From Octopus sinensis (lineage: Eukaryota), in contig NC_043019.1 in assembly GCF_006345805.1 (NCBI RefSeq), forward strand, positions 25,481,360 through 25,545,359: a stretch of DNA of 64,000 nt. The letters are read 5' to 3'. Both the position numbers and the translations under genes were made by a program. Within the stretch, counting starts at the first letter, position 1. Each line of letters opens with the position of its first letter. Positions 63,860-64,000 of the stretch are shown here, in pieces. Below the pieces are notes generated by a model. It saw only the letters and a program-made list of their open reading frames with translations, did not search any database and was not told where the DNA came from.

Positions 63860-64000
63860 ATGTATGTATGTGTATATACATGTTGCATGGATACCTGCAA
63901 ATACATTAGACGCACACCTGTAGCTGCGCACTTAAATTTCACTTATGAATACATATATGTAATATATATGGTATATATATATAGGTGCGTGTGTGTGTGT

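Overview
AT-rich, microsatellite-dense animal genomic DNA. The SINE families and repeat landscape look like an Octopus (coleoid cephalopod) genome; this is my recognition, not a search result. There is one 100-N scaffold gap at 58502-58601. Well-supported host coding sequence is sparse: the last three coding exons of a neurabin/spinophilin-family gene (SAM domain, + strand, 3490-5950), the terminal exon of a WD40-repeat gene (- strand, 34081-34248) and a probable poly-Ala first coding exon (- strand, 59917-60055). A few weaker exon-like islands are also present. Most of the rest is mobile DNA: several tRNA-derived SINE families, a decayed Tc1 transposon, a CR1/Jockey-group LINE fragment, two hAT MITEs, a Merlin-like MITE, two Tx1/L1-clade LINE 3' ends, seven fragments of R4/Dong-clade restriction-like-endonuclease (RLE) LINEs, and Penelope-like foldback remnants. 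The two most interesting patterns are (1) three different minimal type-I hammerhead ribozyme motifs with palindromic stem III, one inside a long hairpin and one with an apparent compensatory G3-C8 core swap; and (2) a microsatellite-targeted retroelement community, in which Dong-type LINEs and an unclassified ~550-bp non-coding element sit in (TAA)n-type tracts with consistent polarity, while a SINE that shares a 3' tail with a Tx1-like LINE sits in (ATT)n with the opposite polarity. Almost all long ORFs in the supplied track are artefacts of simple repeats. Boundaries of degenerate repeats are approximate.
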